This document shows, in pieces, positions 1 through 9,516 of a stretch of 64,000 nt of DNA (position 1 is its first letter; the number at the start of each line of letters is the position of its first letter). Location: the NCBI GenBank assembly GCA_963727445.1, contig CAVSGI010000015.1:320001-384000 (forward strand), in the 5' to 3' direction. This stretch comes from an uncultured delta proteobacterium (GTDB lineage Bacteria; Myxococcota_A; Polyangia; Polyangiales; B10-G4). The notes beneath the pieces were generated by a model that did no database searches, was not told the DNA's origin, and saw nothing but the letters and a program-made list of their open reading frames with translations. The translations under genes and the position numbers were made by a program.

Positions 1-1191
1 CTGACCCTCGACACCGTCGACATCGAGGACGTTCACGAGTTCGGTCTGCTCTCCTACCACGACGACACCACCATCACCGCGACCCGCCTGAGCGTCTCGG
101 GGGTCGGCCCGACTGCGGACGGCGGCAAGGGCGTCGGCCTGATGGCCCTCGACGGCGGGAGCGTCGAGGCGAACGGGATCGCCGTGATGTCGACACGTGA
201 TTTCGCTGCCGCCGCAGGTGGCGTCGGGTCGCGGATCGCGATCGAAGATGCGTGGATCGAAGGCGCCCAGCCCAGCATGAGCGGAGGTCGAGGCCTCAAC
301 GTTCAGGACGGTGCCTCCGGAAGCTGTCATCGCTGCCGCATCGTCGACAGCCTGGAGGCGGGCGTCCTGGTCGGCGCGGCTTCGACGGCGGAGCTCAGCG
401 ATCTCGTGGTGGGCATCACCTCGGGCGGGATGTCCAAACGCGGCCTCGAGGCACAGAGCGGGGCGAACGTCACGGTCAGTCGTGTCCTCGTCGTCGACGG
501 TCGTGAGACCGGCCTCCTGGTCGATGGAGAGGGGACCGTCCTCACGATGTCGGACGTGACCATCATGCGCATCGCCCCCGTCGGTGAGGGCATTCTGGGC
601 CGCGCTGTGTCCGTCCAAGACAACGCATCGCTCGTGGTCAGCCGAGGACTCTTTCGAGATCTGACCGACAACGGCATCTACGCCAGCCTCGGCGCCTCGA
701 TGGAGCTCTCCGACATCACCATCCGGCACGTCTCGCCCTGGGCGAGCGGCCAGTTCGGGCGCGGCATCTCGGTGCAGAACACGTCGACCCTCCGGGGAGC
801 GCGCATCGACATCGAGGACGTCCACGACATCGGCATGTTCGTTCTGAACGACAGCGGCATCGAGCTCACCGACCTCCGCGTGGTGGGAACGCAGCCGGCC
901 ACCTGCGACTGCCCCTCTCAGCAGGGAGGACATGGCCTCGGCATCTACGGGTCCACGGCTTCGATCGACAACGTGGACCTCGAGGACCATGCCCTGTGCG
1001 GCATCCACGTCGCCAACGATGGCGACGCGATGCTCCGCATGGGCCGAGTGGTCCACAACGAGATCGGCGCATGTATCCAGAGCGATGCGCAGACCCTCGA
1101 CACCCTCCAGGACGACGTCTTCTATGTCGACAACGGGGTGAACCTTCAGGCGACCATGCTCCCCGTTCCTGCCGCTTCAGACGATCTCTGA
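1..1191 (+). CDS. Right-handed parallel beta-helix repeat protein, 5'-truncated by the window edge
   Basis: Frame is open from base 1 (LTLDTVDIEDVHEFGLL...) into ORF 142..1191; repeated GxGLxVxxGAxxxxxxxxI units typical of myxobacterial beta-helix proteins. Confidence 0.7.
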   Translation: MTLDTVDIEDVHEFGLLSYHDDTTITATRLSVSGVGPTADGGKGVGLMALDGGSVEANGIAVMSTRDFAAAAGGVGSRIAIEDAWIEGAQPSMSGGRGLNVQDGASGSCHRCRIVDSLEAGVLVGAASTAELSDLVVGITSGGMSKRGLEAQSGANVTVSRVLVVDGRETGLLVDGEGTVLTMSDVTIMRIAPVGEGILGRAVSVQDNASLVVSRGLFRDLTDNGIYASLGASMELSDITIRHVSPWASGQFGRGISVQNTSTLRGARIDIEDVHDIGMFVLNDSGIELTDLRVVGTQPATCDCPSQQGGHGLGIYGSTASIDNVDLEDHALCGIHVANDGDAMLRMGRVVHNEIGACIQSDAQTLDTLQDDVFYVDNGVNLQATMLPVPAASDDL

Positions 1192-1224
1192 GCTGTCCCG
1201 AAACGGCACAGCGTGGGCCTCCCA

Positions 1225-1421
1225 CCTGTGGGCAATTCCGGGGGAAACCTGTGTGTAGGCGATGTGGGGAAATGGGGGACGTTTCCCTCCACAGCAATCC
1301 ACTGCGTAATCCACCCACGACAGGGGTTGCTTTGTTTTGTAATCCCGAGTAGTTCGGTCCGTGGATCCCCAATCCACAACCCTTACGACGACGACGTTAA
1401 TTTAAATTACTAGATCTAATT
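1225..1421. other. Putative replication origin (oriC)
   Basis: Non-coding gap upstream of dnaN with degenerate DnaA boxes (TGTGGGCAA 1227, TGTGGGGAA 1263, CCCTCCACA 1285, CAATCCACT 1295, TAATCCACC 1307, CAATCCACA 1370), then TACGACGACGACG (1384-1396) and a 25-nt stretch with only 3 G/C (1397-1421). Confidence 0.75.
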
Positions 1422-1450
1422 CCCCGGGGTAGTTGGGGAGTGGTGGAGTG

Positions 1451-2581
1451 ATGGAGCTGACCATCTCCAAGAAGAGCTTTCTGCGTGGCCTCGCTCGTAC
1501 TCACGGCGTGGCGGATCGCAAGAGCTCGATGCCGATCCTGTCGAACATTCTCCTGTCCGCCGAGGGCAAGGACACCCTGCGTCTGGCAGCGACGGATCTC
1601 TATCTGGGCGTCAACGCCACGGTGAAGGCCGAGGTCAAGAAGGGTGGGATGATCGCGGTCTCCGCGCGGACGCTCTTCGACATCGTGAAGAACCTCCCCG
1701 AGGGGGAGATCACCTGGACGGTGGGTGAGAATCAGGCGGCCGAGATCAAGTGCGGCAAGGTCCGCTACAAGATCCCGGGGATGCCGGGGGAGGACTTTCC
1801 GCCCCTGCCCAATCCCGGCGAGGCGGATTTCGCGGAGCTCGATGCCGAGGTGCTCGGCGGGCTGATCGCGCACACCCAGTTCTCGATGTCCACCGACGAC
1901 ACCCGCCCGCATCTGGCCGGCGCGCTCTTCGAAGGGGACGGCAAGATCGTTCGCATGGTCACCACGGATGGCCATCGCCTCTCGAAGGCCGAGGTGAAGC
2001 AGGGCGACGGGGCCGCGATGCTCAACTTCTCGATGCTGGTGCCGAACAAGGGCATCGGCGAGCTCAAGCGGCTCATCGAGGATTCCAGGGCCGACAAGGA
2101 CGGCAAGCCCACCGTGGTCGGCATCGCCACCAGCGGCGGGCAACGCCTTCTTCCGCCGCGACGACATCCTGCTCTGCGTCAAGCTCGCCGACGAGCAGTT
2201 CCCGCCCTACGCCAAGGTCATCCCCCTCAAAAGGGCCAGAAGATCCGCATGGGCCGCAATCAGATCATCGAGGCCCTTCGGCGCATCTCTCTCGTGGCCA
2301 ACGACAAGAGCGGCGGCGTTCGACTTCACGTCGAGTCGGGGCAGCTCAAGATCACGAGCGAGAATCCCGATGTCGGCGAAGGCTCGGAAGAGCTCGACAT
2401 CGACTACGCCGGCGATCCGGTGAACATCGGCTTCAACGCGCGCTATCTCCTGGACGCGCTCGGCTGCCTCGTCTCCGACGACGTCTCTCTGGAGATCACC
2501 GGCGAGCTCGATCCGGGCGTGGTCAAGCCCGAGAACGAAGACGTGGACTTCGTCGGCGTGATCATGCCGATGCGCATCTAA
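1451..2581 (+). CDS. dnaN: DNA polymerase III beta sliding clamp; two compensating apparent frameshifts (~2139 and ~2221-2234)
   Basis: MPILSNILL, ATDL, DFPPLP, TTDGHRL, IGFNARYLLDAL, VIMPMRI; the conserved KLADEQFPPYAKVIP segment is in the alternate frame between the two indels. Confidence 0.95.
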   Translation: MELTISKKSFLRGLARTHGVADRKSSMPILSNILLSAEGKDTLRLAATDLYLGVNATVKAEVKKGGMIAVSARTLFDIVKNLPEGEITWTVGENQAAEIKCGKVRYKIPGMPGEDFPPLPNPGEADFAELDAEVLGGLIAHTQFSMSTDDTRPHLAGALFEGDGKIVRMVTTDGHRLSKAEVKQGDGAAMLNFSMLVPNKGIGELKRLIEDSRADKDGKPTVVGIATSGGQRLLPPRRHPALRQARRRAVPALRQGHPPQKGQKIRMGRNQIIEALRRISLVANDKSGGVRLHVESGQLKITSENPDVGEGSEELDIDYAGDPVNIGFNARYLLDALGCLVSDDVSLEITGELDPGVVKPENEDVDFVGVIMPMRI

Positions 2582-2617
2582 CCAACCCGTGCCCGTGCCC
2601 GTTCGCACGGCTCCCTG

Positions 2618-3728
2618 ATGTCCGGTCCGCCTCCTCGCCCACTGCGCATCGATCGCCTCGACGCGGCGCACTTCCGAAACCTCGAGCGCCTCTGCATCGA
2701 GCCCGGGCCCGCCTTCAACGTCGTCCACGGCGACAACGGTGCCGGTAAGAGCAGCCTCCTCGAAGCGATCTACTACCTGGGGGCGCTTCGCTCCTTTCGC
2801 GGAGCCAAGGCCGACGACCTCGTGATGCTCGAGCACGACGCGTCCCGGCTTCGCGCGCGCATCAGCGGCTCCGCGGCCCCGCGCACCTACCAGGCCACCA
2901 TTCACCGGCGAAAGGCGCGCGAGCTGAAGCTCGACGACAAGCGCCCGCGGTCGATCGGGCTCTGGCACGCGTCGGTGCAGGTGGTGCTCTTTCATCCCGG
3001 GCACCTCACTCTGGCGGCGGGCGCGGCAGAGCAGCGCCGCACCTTCCTCGACCGCGTGCTCGAGCAGCTCGACCCCACCTACGGCTCGACCCTGGCGAGC
3101 TATCAGAAGGCACTCCGCAGTCGCAATCGCCTGCTCAAGGGCGACGACCCGGATCCACGGAGCATCCGCGCCTTCGACGAGCTCCTTGGCTTCTGCGGGT
3201 GCGATCATCGCGACCACACGAGCGCGTCTGGTGGCGGACATCGCGCCCCTCACGGAGCGCGCGTTCTCGGACGTGGTGGGCGAAGATGTGCCGCTCCGCG
3301 TCGAGTACAAGCCGCGCGTCTCGCCGAGCGTGGAGGCGCTTCGCGAGGCCCTGGACCGCTCCTTCGAAAAGGACCTCGCCCGCGGGTTCACGGCCGAGGG
3401 GCCGCACGGTGACGACCTCGCTCTCGACATCGCCGACCGCGCGCCCGCTCGCTATCACGCATCCCAAGGACAGCATCGCGCGATCGTCCTCGCGCTGAAG
3501 GTCGCGGAGCTCGAAGTGCTCACGCGGCGCACGAGCAAGATTCCGATCCTGCTGCTGGACGACGTCTCGAGCGAGCTCGACCGTACGCGGAACCGTCGTT
3601 TCTTCTCGCTCCTCGGAAAGCTGGGGGGTCAGGTCTTTCTGACGACCACCCATCCCGAGTTCATCCTCCTCGAGGAGGGACGCACGGATTTCGCGGTGAA
3701 AAACGGCGAGATCACGCGGGACGGCTGA
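2618..3728 (+). CDS. recF: DNA replication/repair protein RecF; apparent +1 frameshift at ~3186
   Basis: FRNL, GDNGAGKSSLLEAI (Walker A) in ORF 2618..3412; GPHGDDL, ASQGQ, ILLLDDVSSELD in ORF 3186..3728. Confidence 0.93.
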
Positions 3729-3796
3729 GGCGTCGGCGATGGGGTCCCCCGTTCGTTTGCAACGGGAGAAACGAGGGGCTACACGCCGCACTCCCG

Positions 3797-5356
3797 ATGC
3801 GTTCGCCGCGGATCGACATCTTCCCGAAGGGCCGGTTGCTGCGCCCCGAGCCCGCGCGGAAGCGGGAGCTGAGCGACGTTCGCGCGGTGGTGATCGGCGC
3901 GGGCTTCGGCGGCCTCGCGGCGGCCATCCGCCTGCTCTGTCGCGGCTATCGCGTGACGGTCGTCGACAAGCTCGATCAGCCCGGCGGCCGCGCGCGTGTG
4001 TTCCGCGAAGGTGGTTTCGTCTTCGACGCGGGTCCGACGGTGGTCACGGCGCCCTTCCTCTTCGAAGAGCTCTGGGAGCTCGCCGGCAGACGCCTCGAAG
4101 ACGACGTCGACATGCGCGAGGTGACACCCTTCTATCGCATCCGTTTCGACGACGGACACGTCTTCGATTACACGGGCGACGCCGACGCGATGCGGCGCGA
4201 GATCCAGCGGCTCGCGCCTGGAGACGTCGCGGGATACGAGGCCTTCGTTCGCGAGAGCGAGCGCATCTTCGAGATCGGCTTCGACCGACTCGCCCACGTG
4301 CCCTTCGGCAAAGCGTCGGACATGGCGCGCATCGTCCCGTCCATGGTGAAGCTCGAGAGCTTCCGGACGGTGTACGGGCTCGTCTCGAAGTACGTGAAGG
4401 ACGAGCAACTCCGCCAGGTGATGAGCTTCCACCCGCTCCTCGTCGGCGGAAACCCCTATTCGACGACGTCGATCTACACCCTCATCGCCTTTCTCGAGCG
4501 CAAGTGGGGCGTGCACTTCCCCATGGGCGGGACCGGTGCGCTGGTGCGCGGGATGGTCGGGCTCATCGAAGAGCTCGGGGGCGAGGTGCGCCTCGGTGAG
4601 GAGGTGCAGCGCATCCTCGTCGAAGACGGCGTGGCGCGGGGCGTCGTCCTCGGCGGCGGCGAGAAGCTCCGCGCGGAGATCGTCGTCTCGAACGCCGATG
4701 CCGCCTGGACTTACCGGCATCTGGTTCCGGCGGAGGCGCGCAAGCGCTGGACCGACCGCCGTATCGCGCGGGCGCGCTACTCGATGAGCCTCTTCGTCTG
4801 GTACTTCGGCACCGATCGGAAATACGAGGACGTCGCTCATCACACCATCCTGCTCGGGCCGCGCTACCAGGAGCTCCTCGAAGACATCTTCGAGCGCAAG
4901 ATCCTGGCCGAGGACTTCAGCCTCTACCTTCACCGGCCCACCGCGACCGACCCCTCGATGGCGCCGCCCGGCTCCGATGCCTTCTACGTCCTTTCGCCCG
5001 TGCCCCACCTCGGCAGCGGCACCGACTGGTCGCGGCAGGCCGAGCCCTACCGAAAGAAGATCGAGAAGTACCTCGAAGACACGGTCCTCCCGAAGCTGTC
5101 GGATCACGTCGTCGTCTCGCGCACACTCACCCCGCAGAACTTCCTCTCCGACTACCTCTCCTTTCGCGGCGCCGCCTTCGGCTTCGAGCCGGTCCTCACC
5201 CAGAGCGCCTACTTCCGCCCCCACAATAGGAGCGAGGACGTGAAGCATCTCTATCTGGTGGGCGCAGGGACCCACCCCGGCGCCGGCATGCCGGGCGTGC
5301 TCAGCTCGGCGCGCGTTCTCGACACCGTCGTCCCGGACACCGAGCATTTTCAGTGA
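3797..5356 (+). CDS. crtI: Phytoene desaturase
   Basis: VIGAGFGGLAAAIRL, FDAGPTV, LLVGGNP, LYLVGAGTHPGAGMPGVLSSA. Confidence 0.95.
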   Translation: MRSPRIDIFPKGRLLRPEPARKRELSDVRAVVIGAGFGGLAAAIRLLCRGYRVTVVDKLDQPGGRARVFREGGFVFDAGPTVVTAPFLFEELWELAGRRLEDDVDMREVTPFYRIRFDDGHVFDYTGDADAMRREIQRLAPGDVAGYEAFVRESERIFEIGFDRLAHVPFGKASDMARIVPSMVKLESFRTVYGLVSKYVKDEQLRQVMSFHPLLVGGNPYSTTSIYTLIAFLERKWGVHFPMGGTGALVRGMVGLIEELGGEVRLGEEVQRILVEDGVARGVVLGGGEKLRAEIVVSNADAAWTYRHLVPAEARKRWTDRRIARARYSMSLFVWYFGTDRKYEDVAHHTILLGPRYQELLEDIFERKILAEDFSLYLHRPTATDPSMAPPGSDAFYVLSPVPHLGSGTDWSRQAEPYRKKIEKYLEDTVLPKLSDHVVVSRTLTPQNFLSDYLSFRGAAFGFEPVLTQSAYFRPHNRSEDVKHLYLVGAGTHPGAGMPGVLSSARVLDTVVPDTEHFQ

Positions 5357-6292
5357 GCAGGCGCGTGGGGGGACATTCGGAGGACATCGACTTCTGCCTG
5401 GCGCTCCTGCGCCACGGATTCGAAGAGCTTCCACGCCGCGTCTCTCCTGCTGCCGCGGCGCCTGCGCCCGGACGTCGCCGCGGTCTACGCCTTCTGCCGC
5501 GTCTCGGACGACGCGGTGGACGAGAACGACGATCCCATCGCCGCCCTCGCGCGCCTCGAGCAGCGGCTCGATCACGTCTTTGGCGGAGCGCCCGAGGCCG
5601 ACCCCGTGGACCGGGCGCTGGCGGACGTCGTCCGGCGTCACCAGCTGCCGCGCGCGCCTTTCGACGCGCTCCTCGAGGGGTATCTCTGGGACGCGGAAGG
5701 TCGCCGCTATGAAACGCTCGACGACCTGCTCGCCTACTGCGTGCGCGTGGCGTCGACGGTCGGCGTCGTGATGACCTCGCTGATGGGCGAGCGCCGCGGC
5801 CCGGTCCTCGATCGCGCGAGCGATCTCGGCATCGCCATGCAGCTCACCAACATCGCCCGCGACGTCGGAGAGGACGGGCGAAAGGGACGCATCTACCTGC
5901 CGATGGGGTGGCTCGAAGAGGTCGGCCTCGGCGCTTCCGATCTCGTCCCGGAGCCGCGCATGCGTCCCGAGCTCGGACTCGTCATCAAGCGCCTCCTCGG
6001 GGTGGCGGACGTCTATTACGCACGCTCCCAGGCAGGGATCGCGCACCTGCCGCGGGATTGCCGGGTGGCCATCGCCGCCGCCGCGCGCATCTACCAGGAC
6101 ATCGGCAGAGCGATCGTCGCCAGCGGATACGACAGCGTGAGCCGTCGCGCCTACACCTCGGGCGTGCGCAAGGCGTGGCTCGTCTGCGCCGCGCTTCCCC
6201 ACGCGGTTGGAGGGGCGGCGGGGCCGAGCGGTCCCCCCGCGGCGCTCGCGGCTCGGCCGCTGATCGAAGCGACGGCGGAGGCGGGGCGATGA
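5353..6292 (+). CDS. crtB: Phytoene synthase; apparent +1 frameshift at ~5419
   Basis: HGSKSFHAAS and VYAFCRVSDDAVDE are restored by removing one base; YCVRVASTVG, LGIAMQLTNIARDVGED, GRIYLP; GTGA overlap with the crtI stop. Confidence 0.92.
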
Positions 6293-6999
6293 GCCTGCGC
6301 GAAGCGAAGCGGCGCGTCCCGAAGGAATTCGACCGCGTCGCGCAGAGCTACGATCTGTTGACCGGGAAGAACCCCGGCTACGCGCGTCACCTCGCGATGA
6401 GCGCGGCGCGGCTGCGGCTCGGGCCGGGAGCGCAGATCCTCGACCTCTGCTGCGGCACGGGGATCAGCACCGAAGCCGTCTCGAGCGTCTACCCGGACGC
6501 GGAGATCACCGGCCTCGACGCTTCCGAGGGGATGCTCGAGGTGGCGCGCAACAAGCCCCTCGCCGAGCGAGTGCGATTCCTCTCGGGCGACGCGATGGAC
6601 CCGGGCGCCACCATGGGCGCCGAGGGACCCTTCGACGGGATCCTCATGGCGTACGGGATCCGCAACATGCCCGATCCCGATCTCTGCCTCGAAAACCTCC
6701 GGGAGCTCCTGGTTCCGGGCGGCGCCATCTGCTTTCACGAGTACTCGGTTCGCGATTCGGTGCGGAGCCAGGCCTTGTGGAACGCCGTGACCTTCGGCCT
6801 GATCATCCCGGGGGGACTGGTGACCGCGGGGTCGACCAAGATCTATCGCTACCTGTGGCGGAGCGTCCTCGACTTCGACGGTGTGGGCGCCTTCGAGGCA
6901 CGCCTCGCGCGCGCCGGCTTCGAAGAGATCCGCACCTATCCCATGGACGGATGGCAGCGCGGCATTCTGCATTCCTTCGTGGCGCGGAGACCGCGATGA
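6289..6999 (+). CDS. Class I SAM methyltransferase (UbiE/CrtT-like) in the carotenoid operon
   Basis: FDRVAQSYDLL, ILDLCCGTG, GLDASEGML; ATGA overlaps on both sides. Confidence 0.85.
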   Translation: MSLREAKRRVPKEFDRVAQSYDLLTGKNPGYARHLAMSAARLRLGPGAQILDLCCGTGISTEAVSSVYPDAEITGLDASEGMLEVARNKPLAERVRFLSGDAMDPGATMGAEGPFDGILMAYGIRNMPDPDLCLENLRELLVPGGAICFHEYSVRDSVRSQALWNAVTFGLIIPGGLVTAGSTKIYRYLWRSVLDFDGVGAFEARLARAGFEEIRTYPMDGWQRGILHSFVARRPR

Positions 7000-8522
7000 T
7001 CGTTCGCCGGCGGTTCGGCAAGCAGCGCGTCGCGCCGCTGTCGCCGGGGGGTGCGGAGAAGGTCGCGCCCGGCGCCAGCGCGGTGGTGGTCGGTGGCGGC
7101 ATCGCCGGGCTCGCGGCGGCGACGGTTCTCGCCGAGCGGGGCGTCGCGGTCACGGTGATCGAGCGTGAAGGCTTCCTCGGCGGTCGGGCGGGCGCCTACG
7201 CCGACCATCTCGCCGACGGAACGCCCTTCGCGATGGAGCGCGGCTTCCACGGCTTCTTTCGCCAGTACTACAACCTCAGGGCGATGCTCCGGCGCGTCGA
7301 CCCGGCGCTCTCCTTCCTGGTGCAGCTCGAGGACTACCCGCTCCTCGGGCCCAACGGCGCGCGCGAGTCCTTCTCCGATCTTCCGAAGCGCGCGCCCTTC
7401 AACATCGTCGAGCTGATCCGCCGAACCGAGAGCCTGCGCCTGAGAGATCTGCGCAGCATCGCCCCGCGGCCGGCGCTCGCGATGCTCACCTACGACGGCG
7501 ACAACACCTACGCGCGCTACGACGAGATGAGCGCCCGGGCCTACCTCGACTCGCTCTGCTTCCCGAAGCACGCGCGCCAGATGCTCTTCGACGTCTTCAG
7601 CCACTCCTTCTTCAACCCGGAGGAGGGGCTCTCCGCGGCCGAGCTGCTGATGAGCTTTCACTTCTATTTCATGGGCAACCCGGAGGGGCTGATCTTCGAC
7701 GTGGTCGACGATCCCTTCTCGGTCGCGCTCTGGGATCCGTATCGGCGTTACCTCGAAGAGCTCGGCGTGCGCTTTCGCCTCGAGACGACGGTGGAGCGAG
7801 TCGAACGCGACGCCGGGAAGATGCGCGCCGTCACCACGGGCGGCGAAGAGGTCGAGGGCGACGCGATGGTGCTCGGTGTCACCGTCCCGGCCCTGTCGGC
7901 GATCGTCGCGGCGTCCCCTTCTCTCGACGACGCGGGCTTTCGCCGGCGCATCGAGGCGGCGGGCGTGACCCTCCCCTTCGCGGTGCTTCGCCTCTGGCTC
8001 GATCGAAAGGTGCGCCCGGGCCGAGCGCCCTTCGTCGGGACCGCGGGCCTCGGCATCCTCGACAACATCTCGATCTACGAGCTCTTCGAAGGCGAGAGCC
8101 GGGCGTGGGCCGAAGCGCACGGCGGCTCGGTGGTGGAGCTGCACGCCTACGCGGTCCCCGAGGAGATGAAGGAAGAGGCGATCCGCCGCGAGCTGCTGTT
8201 CGGCCTCCATCACCTCTATCCCGAGACGCGCGACGCCACGATCCTCGAGGACCGCTTCCTGTTGCGCCGCGACTGCCCCTCCTTCGGGCCGGGGCGATAC
8301 GCCGATCGGCCGACGGTGCACACCCCGTGGAGCGAGCTCTGCCTGGCGGGGGACTTCGTGAAGACGCCTTTTCCGACGGCGCTCATGGAGCGCGCGGCCT
8401 CGAGCGGCTTCATGGCCGCGAACCGCATCCTCTCGCGGTGGCGGGGGCGTGAGGAGCCCCTCTACTGCGTGCCGCCGCGTGGCCTCCTCGCCGGCTTCTC
8501 CGCGTCCTCTCTGGCGAGCTGA
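6996..8522 (+). CDS. crtU: Isorenieratene synthase-like carotenoid ring desaturase/methyltransferase
   Basis: VVGGGIAGLAAATVLAERG, RGFHGFFRQYYNLR, SFHFYFMG, VVELHAYA, ALMERAASSGFMAAN resemble actinobacterial CrtU as I recall it. Confidence 0.8.
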   Translation: MIVRRRFGKQRVAPLSPGGAEKVAPGASAVVVGGGIAGLAAATVLAERGVAVTVIEREGFLGGRAGAYADHLADGTPFAMERGFHGFFRQYYNLRAMLRRVDPALSFLVQLEDYPLLGPNGARESFSDLPKRAPFNIVELIRRTESLRLRDLRSIAPRPALAMLTYDGDNTYARYDEMSARAYLDSLCFPKHARQMLFDVFSHSFFNPEEGLSAAELLMSFHFYFMGNPEGLIFDVVDDPFSVALWDPYRRYLEELGVRFRLETTVERVERDAGKMRAVTTGGEEVEGDAMVLGVTVPALSAIVAASPSLDDAGFRRRIEAAGVTLPFAVLRLWLDRKVRPGRAPFVGTAGLGILDNISIYELFEGESRAWAEAHGGSVVELHAYAVPEEMKEEAIRRELLFGLHHLYPETRDATILEDRFLLRRDCPSFGPGRYADRPTVHTPWSELCLAGDFVKTPFPTALMERAASSGFMAANRILSRWRGREEPLYCVPPRGLLAGFSASSLAS

Positions 8523-8529
8523 GCGTCGC

Positions 8530-9516
8530 TCAGGGCACGAGCGAAAGGCGGCGCTCGCGCACCTCTTCGCCGCTCTTTCGCCGGAGGGCGTAGCGCCGCT
8601 CGGCGTACTCCGTGTCCTCGATCCAGAGCCGCCCGGCGCGGCGTTCGATCATGGGGCGGAGCAAACCGCCCGCGAGGCGCGCGAGGCGAAAGCCCATGCG
8701 CTCGGAGGTCGCGATGGTCGCTTCGACGATGCGCGTGCGCCCGGGCCCGATCGGTGTCGCGTGGGTCTCCACGACGGAGCCCACGCCTTCGCCGTCGACG
8801 ATGGTCATGGTGATCGTGCGCGGCTCGGGGGAGTGGAAGGTCGCGTCGACCTCCATGCAGATCGGGCCGAGGATGCGATAGGAGACACGCAAGCGCAGGA
8901 CGTCGTCGTCCGCTTCGAGGAGCCGGAGGCGAGCGAAGCTGTGCGGGTGGTAGTGGACGCCGTGCCAGGGGTCGAGGCGGTTGGCGATCACGTCCTCGGG
9001 CTCGCAGGCGCCTTCCATCGCCATCACCCCGCTCACGCGCGCGTCCCCGGGTCGGGGAGAGACGATGGGCAGCTTCGTCGGCGTCTCGTCTCGCTCCGGC
9101 AGGCGCACCCAGGACAGCACGCCGTCATCGAAGCTGGGCAGAGGACGCCATCCACCGTGGCCCTCGGCGCCGAGGGTGAGTCCGTGCCACGGACAGACGA
9201 GGCGGCCCTCGGCCAGGTGACCACGACAGAGGTCGGCGCCCATGTGGGGGCAGGCGGCGGGCGCCACGCGAAGCGTCCTCGAGGCGTCGCGCCACGCGAC
9301 GAGCTCTTCGCCCTCGACCACGAAGCGCGTGGGCGTATCGACGGCGACCTCGCGACTCGCGCCGAGGACGTACCAGCCGCCGGTGGGCCGTTCGAGCGCG
9401 CGGAAGAGCGCGCGTTCGATGCGTGCGGGGTTGGCCTGTATCCAGTCCGGGCGCTCGCTCATCGAAGGTTTGAACGGCGGCCGGCGGCCGATGTGCAGGA
9501 GCTTGTCTCGGATCAT
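8530..9516 (-). CDS. Rieske [2Fe-2S] / DUF5914 protein (CrtV-like)
   Basis: CPHMGA...CPWHG Rieske ligands; ANRLDPWHG, GEGVGSVVETHATP, LWIEDTEYAERRY. Confidence 0.8.
   Translation of the reverse strand: MIRDKLLHIGRRPPFKPSMSERPDWIQANPARIERALFRALERPTGGWYVLGASREVAVDTPTRFVVEGEELVAWRDASRTLRVAPAACPHMGADLCRGHLAEGRLVCPWHGLTLGAEGHGGWRPLPSFDDGVLSWVRLPERDETPTKLPIVSPRPGDARVSGVMAMEGACEPEDVIANRLDPWHGVHYHPHSFARLRLLEADDDVLRLRVSYRILGPICMEVDATFHSPEPRTITMTIVDGEGVGSVVETHATPIGPGRTRIVEATIATSERMGFRLARLAGGLLRPMIERRAGRLWIEDTEYAERRYALRRKSGEEVRERRLSLVP

Noticed and set aside
1..1191. Upstream ORF as dnaA
   Set aside because: No AAA+ Walker motifs or DnaA domain IV; the sequence is a beta-helix repeat
2138..2234. Programmed frameshifting or pseudogenisation of dnaN, recF, uvrB, crtB, dnaE2
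   Set aside because: No consistent slippery motif or stimulatory structure is visible, the genes are otherwise intact and dnaN is essential; sequencing error is more parsimonious
3779..6202. Very long antisense or alternate-frame ORFs (e.g. 3779..6202 -, 11821..14409 +, 53315..56356 +, 26832..28826 -)
   Set aside because: They shadow well-supported genes and are expected in high-GC DNA with few stop codons; the translations carry no motifs
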